The notes under the pieces: generated by a model
Database searches by the model: none
Told to the model about the DNA's origin: nothing
The model's input: only the letters and a program-made list of their open reading frames with translations
Part shown: in pieces, positions 13,653 through 16,445 of the stretch
Numbering within the stretch: position 1 is the first letter of the stretch
Layout: every line of letters starts with the position of its first letter
Position numbers and translations under genes: made by a program
Origin: Nitrososphaerota archaeon
GTDB lineage: Archaea > Thermoproteota > Nitrososphaeria > Nitrososphaerales > UBA57
Assembly: GCA_013306035.1 (NCBI GenBank)
Contig: JABUBF010000008.1
Location: 44,457-60,901, forward strand
Direction of reading: 5' to 3'
Length of the DNA: 16,445 bases

Positions 13653-15083
13653 TCATTCCACTCCTATATTTAATTGATTTAACAAGATATCTGATGTAAT
13701 CATATCATTTACATCTTTCGAGATGTTGACTGTTCCATTTCCTTTACCTAGAACAGTGCCAATAATATGTGGGTCATAACCTGCAGATTTTAAATCAGAA
13801 CTAATATTTGCAATTATATTAGGAGAAGCAATTACTGCAACTGCGCCATTAGTACCTGCAGTAGCATTATCCATAAGGAAATTCTCAGTAGCATATTTAA
13901 CAAATTCAGGATAACGGAGGGGAAGATTATCTAGAGATATATCCACTTGTGCATTATCTGCATGTTCTTTAAAGATCATTATACCTGGTCCAGACAAGTC
14001 GCCCGTTGCAAGAACATGTTCATTAATATCAAATGAATTGCCAAATTCGGGCAAATACTTGTTAATTATTTCTGCAACCTTCAAATTTGGTTCATTCATA
14101 GTACTAATAACAGAATTTTTAGCATTTTCAACATCTTTGAGTGTATAACCAGTTTTTTCCAAGTCTTGTAAAAATGTTTCGTCTGCAACGCAGGATAAGA
14201 AGACATTAATTGGAGCTAGATCGCCAAATGGACGAGTAACCAAAATCTGCATACCAGTATTTAGAAGGTTTAATTTAGTAGGAGGTTCTTTCCTAAGAGT
14301 TCCAAACATAGTAGCGCCAATCAGTAATTTTCCACGCTGAGGTGATTCAGATGTTAGAAGTTCAATATTATATTTGTTTGCAAAAGTTTCCATATTTTTA
14401 GAAATATTATTTTTAATTTCTTCATTAGGTGCATCAACAACAGGTAAAACTTTTAGTTCTTCGAAACAACCAAGAGAAATTAAATCATTTAGAGAATTGG
14501 AGATGGCGACATTTGTTTGCTGTTCAGATGAAGGATCTGCAGTAGGATCAATAATTTGAATTGTATCATTATTTGATAAACACCAACCGTCAGATCTACC
14601 TTCTTCATAGGATATGAAATCAAACAATGCAAATTCTGCTTCTGGAAAACCGGTAATGATCGAATGGCCTTTACCAACAGTAAAATGAACGTCAGATTTA
14701 GAAATAGATGAATAAAGTGTATTCAATAATGCTTGAAACTTTTCTTGCTTCTCAGCATTTTTCTGAAAGACTTGCAATAAAGAGATTGCACGTTTTGGAT
14801 TAATCTTTTTTAAATCGTCAAGATCAATTTCAGGATTAGAAGGATTATAGATTCTACGAGTTATTACTGGACCATTTTCAGTTAATGGAAATATATCGGC
14901 ATCAACCCTCTCCCCTAAAGAGATTCCCATCTGTTTCAGACTAGGTTTTAAGTTATGCAAACTAGGATATACTACTGTATTTAAATCAACTTTCACGGCA
15001 CAGCCTGCTACCCACCTTAACGGGTCCATGCCCATTTCTCTATATTTGGAGACGTTGTCCCAGAATTCTTGTTTTGTGCTCAT
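13653..15083 (-). CDS. Selenophosphate-synthetase-like (SelD-like) PurM/AIR-synthase-superfamily ATP-dependent enzyme, unusually long at 476 aa.
   Basis: Hand alignment to E. coli SelD, recalled from memory. VAGCAVKV (res 25-32) aligns with GAGCGCKI (the Cys17/Lys20 loop). [43 protein letters not shown] aligns with [56 protein letters not shown] aligns with [17 protein letters not shown] with MTDVTGFG, and GAVAVIASP...HIIGTV with GGLLLAV...AIGELV. About 100 extra residues sit between the N-terminal loop and the core. Confidence 0.7.
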   Translation of the reverse strand: [476 protein letters not shown]

Positions 15084-15111
15084 AAGTGAAACAATTAATC
15101 AAATGTCGAAA

Positions 15112-15146
15112 AGTATATAAATATAACGGCATTATAAAATAGGGAG
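15112..15146. promoter_or_regulatory. Shared divergent control region between the SelD-like operon (minus) and the Tat beta-propeller gene (plus).
   Basis: The 70-nt spacer contains a near-palindromic TATATAAATATA (15114-15125), a second box TTATAAAAT (15132-15140) and an SD-like GGGAG (15142-15146) 7 nt before the ATG at 15154. Confidence 0.4.
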
Positions 15147-15153
15147 AATAGAA

Positions 15154-16344
15154 ATGTCAAACATAAACGTAAATCGAAGAGATTTTATCAAATATATCGG
15201 CGGAGCAGCTGTCGGTTTAGGGATTGGAGGAGCAGGTTATCTGTCTGCCAACTCTCAAGTTGGTACAGTAACAAGTGAACTTGAACAGGTAAAAGAAGAA
15301 CTAAAAGGAAGAGGACATTTAGGATATGTCTTTGGTGCGGAAGGATCAATTGCGACAATTGACCTATCTCGTGGAAAAGTCTTAGCATCATCAGGACCTA
15401 CATGGATTGCGGAAGCAGGCAGTATAGACTGGTGTAACCATTATCCGGATGCAAATGGAAATGTATGGGGGCTAGTAAGAAAATCAGGGCAAATAGGATC
15501 GACAATTGGAGTAAATCCAGCAACTAATGAACTAGTTCATGATGTTCCATTAGATGGAAGATGGAGAATAAGATTAGGAGAAACAGACACAGAAGGAAGA
15601 TACGGATATATGTTGAATGGATATATTGCAGATAAATATGATTCAGAAAAATTCAATGCTTCTAGAGACGAATTTGAAATTCCATATAAAGACATTGATC
15701 CAGGAGTAATTCACAAAGTAGATCTTCTTAGTGGAAAAGTAGTTGATAAATTAGAAGTTCCAAAGTTCTGTTGTGATGTGGCGATTGCACCTGATGGTAG
15801 ATTGTGGCTTGCAAATCAATTAGAGAGTTTGTTAACTGTAGTCGATACAAATAGCTTTACAATTGAAGAGCATTTAGCTACAGAATACTTTGACTATGGT
15901 GCAAGTATGGTAACTATTTCTCCTAACAATGATGTTGCTTTCATTGAAGTAAATTCAGCAGGAAATTGGTCAAATGCAGCAGGATTTAAGAATTTGGATC
16001 CAATTGAAATGGTATGGGACATTCAAGCAAAAGAAATGGTTAAAGAGTTTCCATTAGAATCAGGTCCACGTACAAGTGAATTCACACCGGATGGAAAATA
16101 CTGCATTGTAAGAACTAGACCAGCGTCAATAGTATATGATGTAGATAGCTTGACTGAAGTTACAAAGATAGAAATCGAGAATACAGGACATCCTGCATTT
16201 AGTCCAGATAGCAGTCTTGCATATATACCAAATCCAGGAGACAGTTCAGTTGATGTGTTCGAGGTAGGCTCGTTTAAGAAAGTAGATAGTCTGAAACTAC
16301 CTTATTCGCCATCAAAAATTATTCCAATAAATACAAACAATTAA
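15154..16344 (+). CDS. Tat-signal secreted beta-propeller repeat protein (YVTN-like).
   Basis: 396 aa. N-terminal NRRDFIKYIGGAAVGLGIGGAG is a twin-arginine signal (RR-x-F-h-K plus a hydrophobic region). A strand motif h-h-x-h-h-D-x-x-x-x-K/E-h-h recurs: SIATIDLSRGKV, IHKVDLLSGKVV, LLTVVDTNSFTI, MVWDIQAKEMV, SIVYDVDSLTEV, SVDVFEVGSFKKV. PDG turns also recur (IAPDGRLW, FTPDGKY, FSPDSS). Confidence 0.7.
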   Translation: MSNINVNRRDFIKYIGGAAVGLGIGGAGYLSANSQVGTVTSELEQVKEELKGRGHLGYVFGAEGSIATIDLSRGKVLASSGPTWIAEAGSIDWCNHYPDANGNVWGLVRKSGQIGSTIGVNPATNELVHDVPLDGRWRIRLGETDTEGRYGYMLNGYIADKYDSEKFNASRDEFEIPYKDIDPGVIHKVDLLSGKVVDKLEVPKFCCDVAIAPDGRLWLANQLESLLTVVDTNSFTIEEHLATEYFDYGASMVTISPNNDVAFIEVNSAGNWSNAAGFKNLDPIEMVWDIQAKEMVKEFPLESGPRTSEFTPDGKYCIVRTRPASIVYDVDSLTEVTKIEIENTGHPAFSPDSSLAYIPNPGDSSVDVFEVGSFKKVDSLKLPYSPSKIIPINTNN

Positions 16345-16356
16345 TAAGTGGAATAG

Positions 16357-16445
16357 TTGTCAGAACAAAACAATCAGAGATTTCTATTAGTTAGCGTAAT
16401 AATAACTGCTCTAATAATAGGTTTTTTGATTGGAGGAACTTTTGT
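16357..16445 (+). CDS. Possible start of a membrane protein, partial and running off the right edge.
   Basis: My own translation from the TTG at 16357 reads (M)SEQNNQRFLLVSVIITALIIGFLIGGTF, a short polar head followed by a TM-like helix. It has only 29 codons and a non-ATG start, so it is weakly supported. Confidence 0.25.
   Translation, partial: MSEQNNQRFLLVSVIITALIIGFLIGGTF

Noticed and set aside
13653-15083. Selenocysteine recoding (in-frame TGA) in or around the SelD-like gene.
   Set aside because: The ORF is uninterrupted and has Cys (TGT) at the loop position. The TGA at 13653-13655 is followed after 3 nt by the next gene's ATG with its own RBS-like motif, so it is an ordinary stop.
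10453-15391. Antisense ORFs 10453-10644, 10718-10963, 12900-13181, 13189-13374, 14374-14559, 14489-14677 and 15188-15391.
   Set aside because: They are nested in or antisense to motif-supported genes (GT2, PAS, rhodanese, TusA, SelD-like, Tat propeller), so I treat them as spurious.
1-16445. Mobile elements, CRISPR arrays, defence islands, toxin-antitoxin pairs, rRNA and tRNA genes.
   Set aside because: I saw no integrase, transposase or Cas-like ORFs, no regularly spaced direct repeats, and no terminal inverted repeats. All spacers are too short (105 nt or less) and too AT-rich to hold structured RNA genes.

Overview
AT-rich, very gene-dense chromosomal segment: about 20 protein genes in 16.4 kb, with spacers from -75 to about 105 nt. 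The content looks archaeal: an Sm-like (LSm) protein, a RadA/RadB-type recombinase paralogue, an NFACT (Rqc2/RqcH-like) protein, and A/T-rich TATA-like boxes centred about 27 nt upstream of first-gene start codons. Internal operon genes instead carry GGTGAT/GAGG-type ribosome-binding motifs. My guess is a streamlined marine thaumarchaeon (Nitrosopumilales-like), but that is inference only. Most genes are housekeeping or envelope functions: pdxS (partial), metK, LSm, RadB-like ATPase, NFACT, pyrC, two glycosyltransferases, an isocitrate-lyase/PEP-mutase-family enzyme, a rhomboid protease, a stand-alone PAS protein, a MenA-type prenyltransferase and a DUF4177-like protein. I see no rRNA, tRNA, CRISPR array, transposase, integrase or large repeat. 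The stand-out is a tightly coupled minus-strand four-gene operon (12359-15083). It encodes an unusually long (476 aa) selenophosphate-synthetase-like PurM-superfamily enzyme that keeps the SelD Cys-x-x-Lys loop, two divergent TusA-type sulfur carriers and a tandem-rhodanese sulfurtransferase. It is divergently paired with a Tat-exported beta-propeller protein. I read it as a candidate ATP-dependent sulfur/selenium activation-and-relay module with no visible downstream consumer in the window. Secondary observations: zero-spacer or overlapping convergent gene ends whose Lys-rich tails encode each other's oligo-T tracts, a 75-nt convergent CDS overlap, a RadB-like ATPase coupled to a small helical protein, and a bacterial/eukaryal-type MetK in an archaeal context.
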